Below, piece by piece: positions 1 to 8,624 of a stretch of 64,000 nt of DNA. Location of the stretch: the NCBI GenBank assembly GCA_019658995.1, contig JAIFWN010000001.1, positions 20,852-84,851 on the forward strand, in the 5' to 3' direction. The stretch comes from Candidatus Parcubacteria bacterium (GTDB lineage: Bacteria; Patescibacteriota; Minisyncoccia; Phycocordibacterales; Zambryskibacteraceae). The position numbers and the translations under genes were made by a program. Within the stretch, counting starts at the first letter, position 1. Each line of letters begins with the position of its first letter. Below the pieces are notes generated by a model. It ran no database searches. It was not told where the DNA came from and was given only the letters and a program-made list of their open reading frames with translations.

Positions 1-1264
1 TGTATCCTCGGCGGCCGAAGTCCTTGCTTTATCTGGGACTAGTAATGGTGTAGGCCTAAGCTTCTACGATGATATCGGTGGCGGTAGCGTTAGAAACTGG
101 GCGATTATCAATGATAAAGTCGGTGCAGGTAGACTGGACTTCGCAGTCTCTGCTGCTTCGGGAGGGTCTCCGTACGCGGCCAATACCACAAAGCTGTATC
201 TGGATAAGACAGGAGAGGTGGGAATTACAGGCTTCCTGACTATTGGTATTGGTAGCACTGGGAATATTTTTACCTCCGATTTGGCCGGTCACATAGGTAT
301 TGGTACTACTACTCCGCAATGGCTCCTTCAGCTCGCCACCTCGACTGCACCCCAGCTAACCCTTTCTGATCCATCCTCACTCACAAATAATCACTGGTCG
401 CTCCGGAACGCGGCGGGCAGGTTCTATCTGGCGACTTCATCGCCAACGACTTTCGCTACCTCCACAGTTGCTTCCTTCTCTATTGATCAAAACGGCAAGG
501 TTTTCCTTAACTCAGGACTCGGTACCGGTGCGGGCGGGAACTATCTGTGTATTGATACAACTACCTACGAAGTGCTGAGGGGTAATGGCGTATCGTGCAC
601 AGCTTCGTCACAAAGGTTCAAGGAAAATATACAAGATCTCGGATACGGTCTCAACGAAATCTTAGCCCTCCGCCCAGTCTCTTATACATATAAGCCGGGA
701 ACGAATATGGGAGAGGGGACTAAGCTCGGTTTTATTGCCGAAGAAGTTCAGACCATACTCCCTGAAGTGGTTACTCTCGACAATCAAGGACAAGTCTTCG
801 GTCTCGATTACCCAGTATTCACTTCTGTACTCACCAAGGCCATACAAGAGTTGAACCAGAAGGTCATTGCAGTCGAGCTTAACCTCGCTAGCGCCTCGAC
901 CTCTCTGGCTATCTCAACTTCAACTCCCGGCTTTGCAGCCTCTGTCCTTGAAGCCTTGGGAGCGACTGTCCAGGATGCGGTGCTCTATATAAAGCATCTG
1001 GTAGTTGATACTCTCACCGCCAAGGACGGCGTGGTTATATATGATCGCGTGACCGGCCAGCCTGTCTGTACCGTTTCGGAAAACGGAGTGCTGAAATCTT
1101 ACCCGGGTGATTGCTCGGTATTGCCACCAGTGCCGATACCGGCATATACCCCTCCTCCGCCCGATCCATCGGCTTCTACTACACCTCCGGACGATTCGAG
1201 CGCGACAACCACTCCGCCCGCAACTCCGCCTGATGAACCGACTGCAACATCTACGGAGCCATGA
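1..1264 (+). CDS. 5'-truncated large surface/fibre protein with GIGTTTP repeats, peptidase S74 (tail-fibre autochaperone) domain and Pro/Thr-rich tail
   Basis: Frame is open from position 2; GHIGIGTTTP repeat; S74 motifs SSQRFKENI, LRPVSY, GFIAEEV, DYPVFTSVLTKAIQEL. Confidence 0.85.
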   Translation, partial: VSSAAEVLALSGTSNGVGLSFYDDIGGGSVRNWAIINDKVGAGRLDFAVSAASGGSPYAANTTKLYLDKTGEVGITGFLTIGIGSTGNIFTSDLAGHIGIGTTTPQWLLQLATSTAPQLTLSDPSSLTNNHWSLRNAAGRFYLATSSPTTFATSTVASFSIDQNGKVFLNSGLGTGAGGNYLCIDTTTYEVLRGNGVSCTASSQRFKENIQDLGYGLNEILALRPVSYTYKPGTNMGEGTKLGFIAEEVQTILPEVVTLDNQGQVFGLDYPVFTSVLTKAIQELNQKVIAVELNLASASTSLAISTSTPGFAASVLEALGATVQDAVLYIKHLVVDTLTAKDGVVIYDRVTGQPVCTVSENGVLKSYPGDCSVLPPVPIPAYTPPPPDPSASTTPPDDSSATTTPPATPPDEPTATSTEP

Positions 1265-1683
1265 TTTCAAAAAAAGTTATTTTGGCAATTGCTATATTTG
1301 CCGGAGTTCTATTTCTCAGAATGTTTGCGCTGGAAGGATTCTTGGTAAGAGGGGATTCAATGTCGCCGACGATTCTATCCGGGGACTATGTATTCATAAG
1401 CAAGCTGGCGTATAAATTCGGTAATCCGGAGCGCGGAGATATTATAGTGGCCATCACGCGTGACGGACAAAGACTTGTAAAGAGGATCGTGGGCCTTCCT
1501 GGCGAAGTAGTCAAGATTGGGGATTTTAAGACAAATGTCGATCCGGAGGAATATTTTGCCGTTGGAGATAATATTGGCAATAGCATAGACTCCCGCGAGC
1601 TAGGAGCGGTAGATACCTGGAGAGTGAAGGGCAGGGTATTCGGAGCCCTAAGGCTCTCTAAATTTGAATATCTAAGTTTCTAG
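1261..1683 (+). CDS. lepB: Signal peptidase I (S26), short form
   Basis: N-terminal TM; GDSMSPT (Ser), LVKRIVGLPGE (Lys), GDN..NSIDSR..G. Confidence 0.93.
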   Translation: MISKKVILAIAIFAGVLFLRMFALEGFLVRGDSMSPTILSGDYVFISKLAYKFGNPERGDIIVAITRDGQRLVKRIVGLPGEVVKIGDFKTNVDPEEYFAVGDNIGNSIDSRELGAVDTWRVKGRVFGALRLSKFEYLSF

Positions 1684-1911
1684 CCATTTTTCTAGTGTAG
1701 GTTTATTAAGGTTTAAGAGGGTCTTACCACTTACTTCAACCAGGCTAATTTGTATTGACTCCAAATATGAGCGTTAAACTCTAATAATGAAATTAATTTA
1801 AATTGAGTTCTCCACAGAAAATCAATAGCAGAGCTTCCATCTGAAATATATAATAAATACAACGTTTTTCTTTATCCGATATACCATATCGGGTAAAGAA
1901 ACCCGAAGAAC

Positions 1912-4900
1912 TTGGACAACAAAGAAGCACAAAATGTGCCGCAGGGTGATGGGTGGCTTTCGATGTCGGAGGCGGCTCTTCATACACCCTACAGTTCTGA
2001 GTATCTCTCACTCCTTGCCCGTAAAGGTAAAATCTCCGCAAAGAAGATAGACAACACTTGGTACACCACCAGAGATATTCTTGATTCGTATATGAAGAAG
2101 CAGATGCTTCTTGCTCAGGTGCAAAACGGCGATATCTCTCCCGATCACATATCGGCGCCGAAAATAATTCCAACGCAGGAATCTGTTCCTCTCAAAACTG
2201 TGCGCTCATACGCTGATGATAGTCGCGATTACGACAGCGAGATCGAGAAGCAGAACCACATAAAGTCCATCGAGAATGCGCTAGAAAGAGTCGTAGACAA
2301 AAAATTCGGAAGAGTGGAGAAGTACGAAAGCCTGGTATCGAAAAATTTTTCAGCATTTCGTGATGCATTCGGCAGCAAAGCTATTGTTGTTTCGACTCTC
2401 GTAATTATCGTTTTGTTCACGATCATCCCGATACCCTTCGCCTTCAGCTTTTTTGAAAAGGGTCTGGACTTCGTCAAAGAGCTTGCAAGCGATGCCAATA
2501 CCATAATGGGCTACCGTCCCGGCACCCATAAGAACGAAATACTCCTCCTCGACAAAGACGGAAACATTAGCATCTTTGGCCATATAGAATCACATGTGTC
2601 AAACGGTACTGCTCCGATAGTGGTGGACTCTAAGACCCAGGTGGACAACCTGAATGCGGAATATCTGAACGACATGCATGCGGCCGACTTCACCCTGGCC
2701 TTCGTAACGCAAAACGGCAATGTTACCTCTGAAGATGTAAAGCTAGATGGTACCGTCGAAGTTGGTAAGACACTTGTAGTTAGCGGCGCAACGAAACTCT
2801 TGTCAGCGCTTGAAGTCGGCGGCGGACTCAGGGTGTTCGGCGATGCGGAAATCGGCAAAGCTTTAAGAGTTGTAGGCCCTGCCAGCTTCGAGTCTCTGGT
2901 GACTGTAAAAAATAACCTGGCCGTACAGAGAAACGTTTCCATAAGAGGCGGCCTTGAGATCGGCTCCGGCATTGAGGCAAAATCTGCCGCTTTCAGCAGT
3001 GTCGGCGTATCCGGAACCGTATCGGCCGCTCTCGGTAAGTTTGTCTCCGCAATCATAGACGATATATCGGCGGGAGCGCTGACGGTCTCCTCGACTACGG
3101 CCACGAGTGCCGTAGTTACTAACCTGAACTCCGTCAACCTCACCGGAGCAAGTTCGAGTCTTGCATACTTGACCTTTGATCTGGCTACGGGGACGTCGGC
3201 TACGACGACGAATCTGTTCTCTACCTATCTCACGGCAAGCGGAGCTACCACTACCACTCTCTTTGTAAATAAATTCGATATCCAGCAGGTTACTAATGGC
3301 AGGACAGTTATAGATGCCCGGCGTGTTACAGACTCCGCGCCGTCAGGAGATTTTATTACCTATACCAACGCTGCCGGCAACACGGCCCTCTTCAGGGTAG
3401 ACAACTCAGGTAATATTTTTGCCGGCGGTATTACCAACTCCGGAGCTCTGACTATTACCTCTGCTGTCACTCCGCAGTTTAGGATTCAGTATGATCCGAC
3501 GAACGAAAATACCACTTCCGTTTCTTCAGCCGGAGTTACGACCTTCGGCTTCAACGGCACAACTCCCCGCGCCATATGGATGCCGCAGGCAAACGCAACC
3601 GGAACATTCCAGTTTCAAGATTCATCCGCCAATACTATTTTGGATATTGATACGACAAATCAGAGGGTGGGTATTGGTACGACATCTCCAGCCACCGCTC
3701 TTGATCTGGTTGGCATCGAGGGCATTACCAACGGATATTTGAATGTCTTGCCGGTAAATACGAGCACCTTCAATGCCTTTGCCCTGAAGGGGCGGAATCT
3801 ATCAGCCGGTTCGTCTGTCTCGGTGCCTTACTTCGTGCCTACCGGTACGAATACAAATCAGAAGCTGGCTCTGGACCTCTTGGTCCAAGGGACACCGACG
3901 GATACTGTTGAGCGAGGCGTAGCCTGGATTGATATCACAGATGCCAATGAGACGAACCTGAACTTGGGAAACTACGAAGCCTTAAGCATAGGCAAGTTCA
4001 TAAACGGCCGCGGCAATATCTCCATGGTCGCTGGCGGAACAGGCGTGGTCAGGGACTTGGTATTGCAGGCTGGCGGAGGCAGGGTCGGCATCGGCACGAC
4101 CACTCCTCCAGCGCTACTCTCCGTAAATGATCCGGCCGGAATTGACTCACTTTATATTGGCTCATCGACACCCAAGCTTATAGTCAAACATACTGGTCTC
4201 GTCGGTATTGGCACAGCGGCTCCAAACAAGAAGCTAGATGTGAAGGGCGACATAGCTATCACATCAAGTACTTCGCCGGCAGTGGGTTTGGAGAGATCGC
4301 GCATAAGCGTGTATGACAATGCCATCGAACGCGGCTATATATCCAACTATGTACCAGTTGGCGTGGGCGGGACGAACTTCTCCTCATGGCGCTTCACTGT
4401 GGCCAATAACAGCACACTCTCTGAAGCGATGACTATTGACTATACAGGCAACATCGGTATCGGGACGACCACGCCAATTTCGCTCCTGCATCTGAGCGCT
4501 TCGGTTGTCAACAGCGGACTAGGCACTCTGAGATTATCTCGCCCAGACGCTACCAAAGAGAACTTCATTCGCTTCGATACCAATAATAGTAATTCGCAGT
4601 GGCTTATAGGAATAGACGACAGTACTGGCCAGTCAAGCAATTTCGAGATTATTCCTAATCTAGGAAATTCTGTGTTTGACATAACCACTTTGGGCAACGT
4701 CGGCATCGGGACGACTACGCCGACGTACCGACTGGATGTCTTAAGCGGGACTGGTAATACTGGTACGGGTGGCCATGATGCGAACATTAATGCCCTAGCT
4801 GTGACTGGACCTGATCTGGTGCAGACTTCAGCAGGCGGAAACATCTTTGTAACAACCAATTCTGACTTTGCCATAGACAGAGGAGGATCGATCGGCTTTG

Positions 4901-7788
4901 GCGGCAGATATATAACCGGTTCGTCGAATGATCTGAGCTTCGCAAGCATTAAGGGAGCGAAGGAAAATTCTACCAGTGCGAACCAAAACGGCTATCTGGC
5001 TTTCGCTACCCGCAACAACAACACCGCTACCGCCGCAGAGAGGATGCGCATCGACTCCTCCGGCAACGTCGGCATAGGCACCACAAGCCCTCTTCACTTA
5101 TTGGATGTCAACAATTCTCAAACTACCAACACTGCGGCTGACAATGCTCTGGTGGTTATTCGTTCGGCCAATAGAAGCGCCACCTTACAACTTGACGCAA
5201 AAGCTGGAACGGCATTTGGCGGAATTTCTTTTGCCGATACTGGAGTAGAAAAAGGCAGAATCCAGCTCTCCAACAGCAATTACAGTATGAACTTCCTGAC
5301 CAATGGAACTGAATGGATGACGATCACTTCTACAGGCAACGTCGGTATCGGGGCGACCAATCCGACGAGCGGCAAGCTGCATATGCAGACAACTAGCGCA
5401 GACGATACTCTATATATAGAGACAGTCACCTCCGGAAACCCGATACTATCACTCTCGGCGGCCGGAGTTGGAGGGACACAGCTGTATCAAGATAGAACCT
5501 CAAACTCCTTCCGCATTAAGGCCGAAGGCGGTGCGGATCGTTTAACCATAACTTCTGCCGGAAATGTCGGCATCGGGACGACGACGCCGGGTAGCTTAGG
5601 TTCCGGCGGTACCAGGACTGATCTCCAAATCCATAATGCAGGTACTGATACTACATCCTTCGGCAACCTGATGCTCTCTTCTGGTGCGACTGGCGCCGAC
5701 TCCATCATGGGAGCAATCCAGTTTGGTAGTGCGGGTATCACTGGGTCAGTTGCCCAGAGGACGGCCTTTATTGCCTCTAACAAAGAGTTTGCTAGTGCGA
5801 GCGACCCGGGTGGAAATTTGCGTTTCGCCACTACACTTACAGGTTCGGGCTCTGCTCCGACCGAGAGGATGCGTATAACCAGCTCTGGCAATGTCGGAGT
5901 GGGTACCACGTCTCCGGCTCAACTATTGTCCGTAGGTGGATCGCTTTTCATAGGAGCTTCAGCGGCAGGTGGTACGAGCGGTGGGCTCGGAGTTGGTGTA
6001 GTCAATACGAGTGCGGGAAGTATCGTGACAACAGGTACCGTCTCGGTTGGCAATACCATAAATCTTGGCGGAACCACCGCTCCGAGCGGACTCTTATCAT
6101 GGTCTGGAGCGTCTCCGCTATTGCGCGCTGCGGTTGGCGGGAGTATCAACCTCCAATCAGATAACAACTCCAAGCAGTGGAACTTCGCGGCGGATGGCAG
6201 TACTACGTTTCCTACCGGTGCAGTTTCCGGTATCACCACACTCAGCACCACAGGTTCGATATCGGCAGTAGCTGGTGGCGGAGTCAACATAACGGTTGAC
6301 AGCGACGCTGCCGGAAGCGGATTCAAGCTCAATCGCCTTGGTGCTGAACGCTGGAGCATCAGAAATATCGAAGCAAGTAATTTCCTGGGCTTCTTTGATC
6401 ACCGCGGAACACCGGATTATCGCATGGTGATCAAGGATATTACGGGTTTCGTAGGCATCGGTACTACTACGCCCAACGCCTTACTCAACATTGTTGGAAG
6501 CTCTTCAACTACGAGTCCGCAATTTAGTATCAACTCAAACGGCCTCATCGGCGACAGTGCAGCTTTGATGGTGAATCAGCGCGCCAAGTTCGGCTATGAC
6601 GGTCTACGAAGTGCGGTTTTCATTGATGATGTTGCTACTAATAAACATATTGTCTTCGACACCAACGGATCAGAAAAAATGCGCATTACCCGCACGGGAG
6701 AAGTCGGTATTGGTACAAGTACTCCGCAGGCTGCGCTCGAGGTCAATGGTTCTGTCAGACTAGCAACAGGGATCCTAATACAGAGGACAGCGGGTAGTCC
6801 GGCAAGTTACGCCATTATGAATATTCGAGGCGCGGCCGAGGCCTCGAACTTTGGCAATGCTCTTGGCAACGGGGCGGTGGAAATTTCCGAATTCACCACT
6901 GCAGGCATTATCCTTGGTACGAATAGTGCTAAGCCATTAGCCTTTGGCACGGCCAATACTGAGAGGATGAGGATCGAATCTGGCGGCACTATCAAACTGA
7001 GTTCCGCTCTCGGCACTGGTACCGGGGGCAACTACTTATGTATCGATACCACCACCTTTGAAGTTCTCCGCGGTAACGGTGCGGCATGTACTGCTTCGTC
7101 ACTCCGGTTCAAGGAAAATATAAATGACCTGAACTATGGCCTAGACGAGGTGCTCGCACTACGCCCAGTCTCTTATAATTACAAACCCGAAACCAATATG
7201 GGTTCGGGGGTCAAGCTGGGCTTCATCGCCGAAGAAATGAAGCTCGTGATACCGGAAGTGGTAACGGTTGATAATAACGGCCAGACATTCGGTCTCGATT
7301 ATCCGGTACTGACGTCCGTCCTTACAAAGGCTATTCAGGAACTGAATACTAAAGTGGTGGAGCTCGCTGCAGCGCTCAGTGATCTCGGCGCTACCATCGT
7401 GGATGGAGTCACGCACTTTGCTCGCCTGGCTGTAGAAAATCTATCCGTTGATGCACTCACGTTAGGAAAGCCTGAGAAGCCGGCCGGCATCACCATATAC
7501 GACGAGGCTAATGGAGCACCATTCTGCATAAAGGTGGTCAGCGGTCAGACTGTAACTGTACCTGGTGAGTGTGGCTCTGCTGCGCTCGTAGCAGGCGGCG
7601 GTCCGACCGTCACGATCTTTACACCGGTCGAAATTATCGAACCTACGCCCGGGCTTGAAGCTTCAACCACATTGCCTGTAATCGAGCCAGCGGCGACCTC
7701 CACGCCCGAAACTGCTTCGAGCACTCCGCCGGCTGATCCGGAGCCAGTGCCCCTGACGAGCGCCTCTACGACATCCGATACTATATAA
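1912..7788 (+). CDS. Giant membrane-anchored surface protein: N-terminal excisionase-like HTH, TM helix, beta-solenoid stalk, ~11 GxVGIGTTxP modules, S74 autochaperone, PT-rich tail
   Basis: WLSMSEAA..TPYSSEYLSLLARKGKI..KKIDNTWYTT; hydrophobic AIVVSTLVIIVLFTIIPIPFAF; SSLRFKENI...GFIAEE...KAIQEL; TTG start uncertain. Confidence 0.85.
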   Translation: MDNKEAQNVPQGDGWLSMSEAALHTPYSSEYLSLLARKGKISAKKIDNTWYTTRDILDSYMKKQMLLAQVQNGDISPDHISAPKIIPTQESVPLKTVRSYADDSRDYDSEIEKQNHIKSIENALERVVDKKFGRVEKYESLVSKNFSAFRDAFGSKAIVVSTLVIIVLFTIIPIPFAFSFFEKGLDFVKELASDANTIMGYRPGTHKNEILLLDKDGNISIFGHIESHVSNGTAPIVVDSKTQVDNLNAEYLNDMHAADFTLAFVTQNGNVTSEDVKLDGTVEVGKTLVVSGATKLLSALEVGGGLRVFGDAEIGKALRVVGPASFESLVTVKNNLAVQRNVSIRGGLEIGSGIEAKSAAFSSVGVSGTVSAALGKFVSAIIDDISAGALTVSSTTATSAVVTNLNSVNLTGASSSLAYLTFDLATGTSATTTNLFSTYLTASGATTTTLFVNKFDIQQVTNGRTVIDARRVTDSAPSGDFITYTNAAGNTALFRVDNSGNIFAGGITNSGALTITSAVTPQFRIQYDPTNENTTSVSSAGVTTFGFNGTTPRAIWMPQANATGTFQFQDSSANTILDIDTTNQRVGIGTTSPATALDLVGIEGITNGYLNVLPVNTSTFNAFALKGRNLSAGSSVSVPYFVPTGTNTNQKLALDLLVQGTPTDTVERGVAWIDITDANETNLNLGNYEALSIGKFINGRGNISMVAGGTGVVRDLVLQAGGGRVGIGTTTPPALLSVNDPAGIDSLYIGSSTPKLIVKHTGLVGIGTAAPNKKLDVKGDIAITSSTSPAVGLERSRISVYDNAIERGYISNYVPVGVGGTNFSSWRFTVANNSTLSEAMTIDYTGNIGIGTTTPISLLHLSASVVNSGLGTLRLSRPDATKENFIRFDTNNSNSQWLIGIDDSTGQSSNFEIIPNLGNSVFDITTLGNVGIGTTTPTYRLDVLSGTGNTGTGGHDANINALAVTGPDLVQTSAGGNIFVTTNSDFAIDRGGSIGFGGRYITGSSNDLSFASIKGAKENSTSANQNGYLAFATRNNNTATAAERMRIDSSGNVGIGTTSPLHLLDVNNSQTTNTAADNALVVIRSANRSATLQLDAKAGTAFGGISFADTGVEKGRIQLSNSNYSMNFLTNGTEWMTITSTGNVGIGATNPTSGKLHMQTTSADDTLYIETVTSGNPILSLSAAGVGGTQLYQDRTSNSFRIKAEGGADRLTITSAGNVGIGTTTPGSLGSGGTRTDLQIHNAGTDTTSFGNLMLSSGATGADSIMGAIQFGSAGITGSVAQRTAFIASNKEFASASDPGGNLRFATTLTGSGSAPTERMRITSSGNVGVGTTSPAQLLSVGGSLFIGASAAGGTSGGLGVGVVNTSAGSIVTTGTVSVGNTINLGGTTAPSGLLSWSGASPLLRAAVGGSINLQSDNNSKQWNFAADGSTTFPTGAVSGITTLSTTGSISAVAGGGVNITVDSDAAGSGFKLNRLGAERWSIRNIEASNFLGFFDHRGTPDYRMVIKDITGFVGIGTTTPNALLNIVGSSSTTSPQFSINSNGLIGDSAALMVNQRAKFGYDGLRSAVFIDDVATNKHIVFDTNGSEKMRITRTGEVGIGTSTPQAALEVNGSVRLATGILIQRTAGSPASYAIMNIRGAAEASNFGNALGNGAVEISEFTTAGIILGTNSAKPLAFGTANTERMRIESGGTIKLSSALGTGTGGNYLCIDTTTFEVLRGNGAACTASSLRFKENINDLNYGLDEVLALRPVSYNYKPETNMGSGVKLGFIAEEMKLVIPEVVTVDNNGQTFGLDYPVLTSVLTKAIQELNTKVVELAAALSDLGATIVDGVTHFARLAVENLSVDALTLGKPEKPAGITIYDEANGAPFCIKVVSGQTVTVPGECGSAALVAGGGPTVTIFTPVEIIEPTPGLEASTTLPVIEPAATSTPETASSTPPADPEPVPLTSASTTSDTI

Positions 7789-7797
7789 TAGAGCGCA

Positions 7798-8262
7798 ATG
7801 GAAAGAGACAGCATTAAAGAGTTTTTCCAAAAGAAGGCCGAGGAAGAACGCAGTAACAGCCTTATGCCGGTTTTAGAACACCGTAAGGAGGAGATTAAGA
7901 GGTCTGAGGTGGAGAAAGACCGTAGCCAAAATCTCAAGCAGGCTTCTGTAATATGGCTCGGAGCCATAGCAGCATGTACGCTCATAGTTTACGGAGGTTC
8001 GATGATCTTCGACAGGTATAAGATGATTACCGATAACAGTCCGGCAAGTATAGTGGCCCAGGTGGGGAGAGTGGTGGATCTGCCGAAGGATGAAATGCCA
8101 ACTATCGCCACAATAACTACTATGGAAAATCTTCGCGACCAGCCTTTCTTCAAGGATGCCATGGTAGGGGACAAGGTTATTGTCTTCAATAATTCCAGAA
8201 AGGCCATACTCTACCGGCCCGGAACGAAGAAGGTCATAGGAGTCGCAACCCTTTCGGAATAA
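7798..8262 (+). CDS. CPR-type single-pass membrane hypothetical protein
   Basis: One TM; LPKDEMPTIAT..QPFFKDAMVGDKV..AILYRP resembles a recurrent CPR family. Confidence 0.75.
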   Translation: MERDSIKEFFQKKAEEERSNSLMPVLEHRKEEIKRSEVEKDRSQNLKQASVIWLGAIAACTLIVYGGSMIFDRYKMITDNSPASIVAQVGRVVDLPKDEMPTIATITTMENLRDQPFFKDAMVGDKVIVFNNSRKAILYRPGTKKVIGVATLSE

Positions 8263-8281
8263 CGTATTTGGTGGTATAATA

Positions 8282-8577
8282 ATGGGGATGCCGGATAACC
8301 GCTCCGACGCAAGTCGGGGAGGAAAGTCCGAACATTCGGTTGTCTGTGTCCGCAATTGCGCATAGACAACAAGGGTAGCAGGTAACGCCTGCCGAGAGTA
8401 ATCTTAGAGGTGAGAACAGAAACGATCCGGTTAAGTCCGGCTGAAACGGCAAAATCCTTACCTGAATGCAAGGCCGTGCTCTGGAAGCAATTTCAGAGAG
8501 TGCCGCTAGAGGGCGTACGCGAGTACGCTCCCAGATAAATGGTTATCGATCACAAAATTCGGCTTATAGGCATCCAT
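8282..8577 (+). ncRNA. rnpB: RNase P RNA (compact)
   Basis: GAGGAAAGTCC and ACAAAATTCGGCTTA (P4 halves), ACAGAAAC, GAAACGG, CAGATAAATG; ends pair GGATGCC/GGCATCC; TGGTATAAT -10 just upstream. Confidence 0.95.
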
Positions 8578-8601
8578 AAAGCTCCTCTCACGAGGAGCTT
8601 T
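8578..8601 (+). terminator. Intrinsic terminator after rnpB
   Basis: AAAGCTCCTC-TCAC-GAGGAGCTTT hairpin. Confidence 0.8.
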
Positions 8602-8624
8602 ATGTTTGTGATAAAATATCGAAC

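Noticed and set aside
3660-6730. CRISPR-like repeat/spacer periodicity
   Set aside because: Repeats are degenerate at codon third positions, in frame and irregularly spaced; no cas genes
1-7788. Prophage suggested by tail-fibre chaperone domains
   Set aside because: No capsid, terminase, portal or integrase genes; the complete protein is membrane-anchored and flanked by core genes
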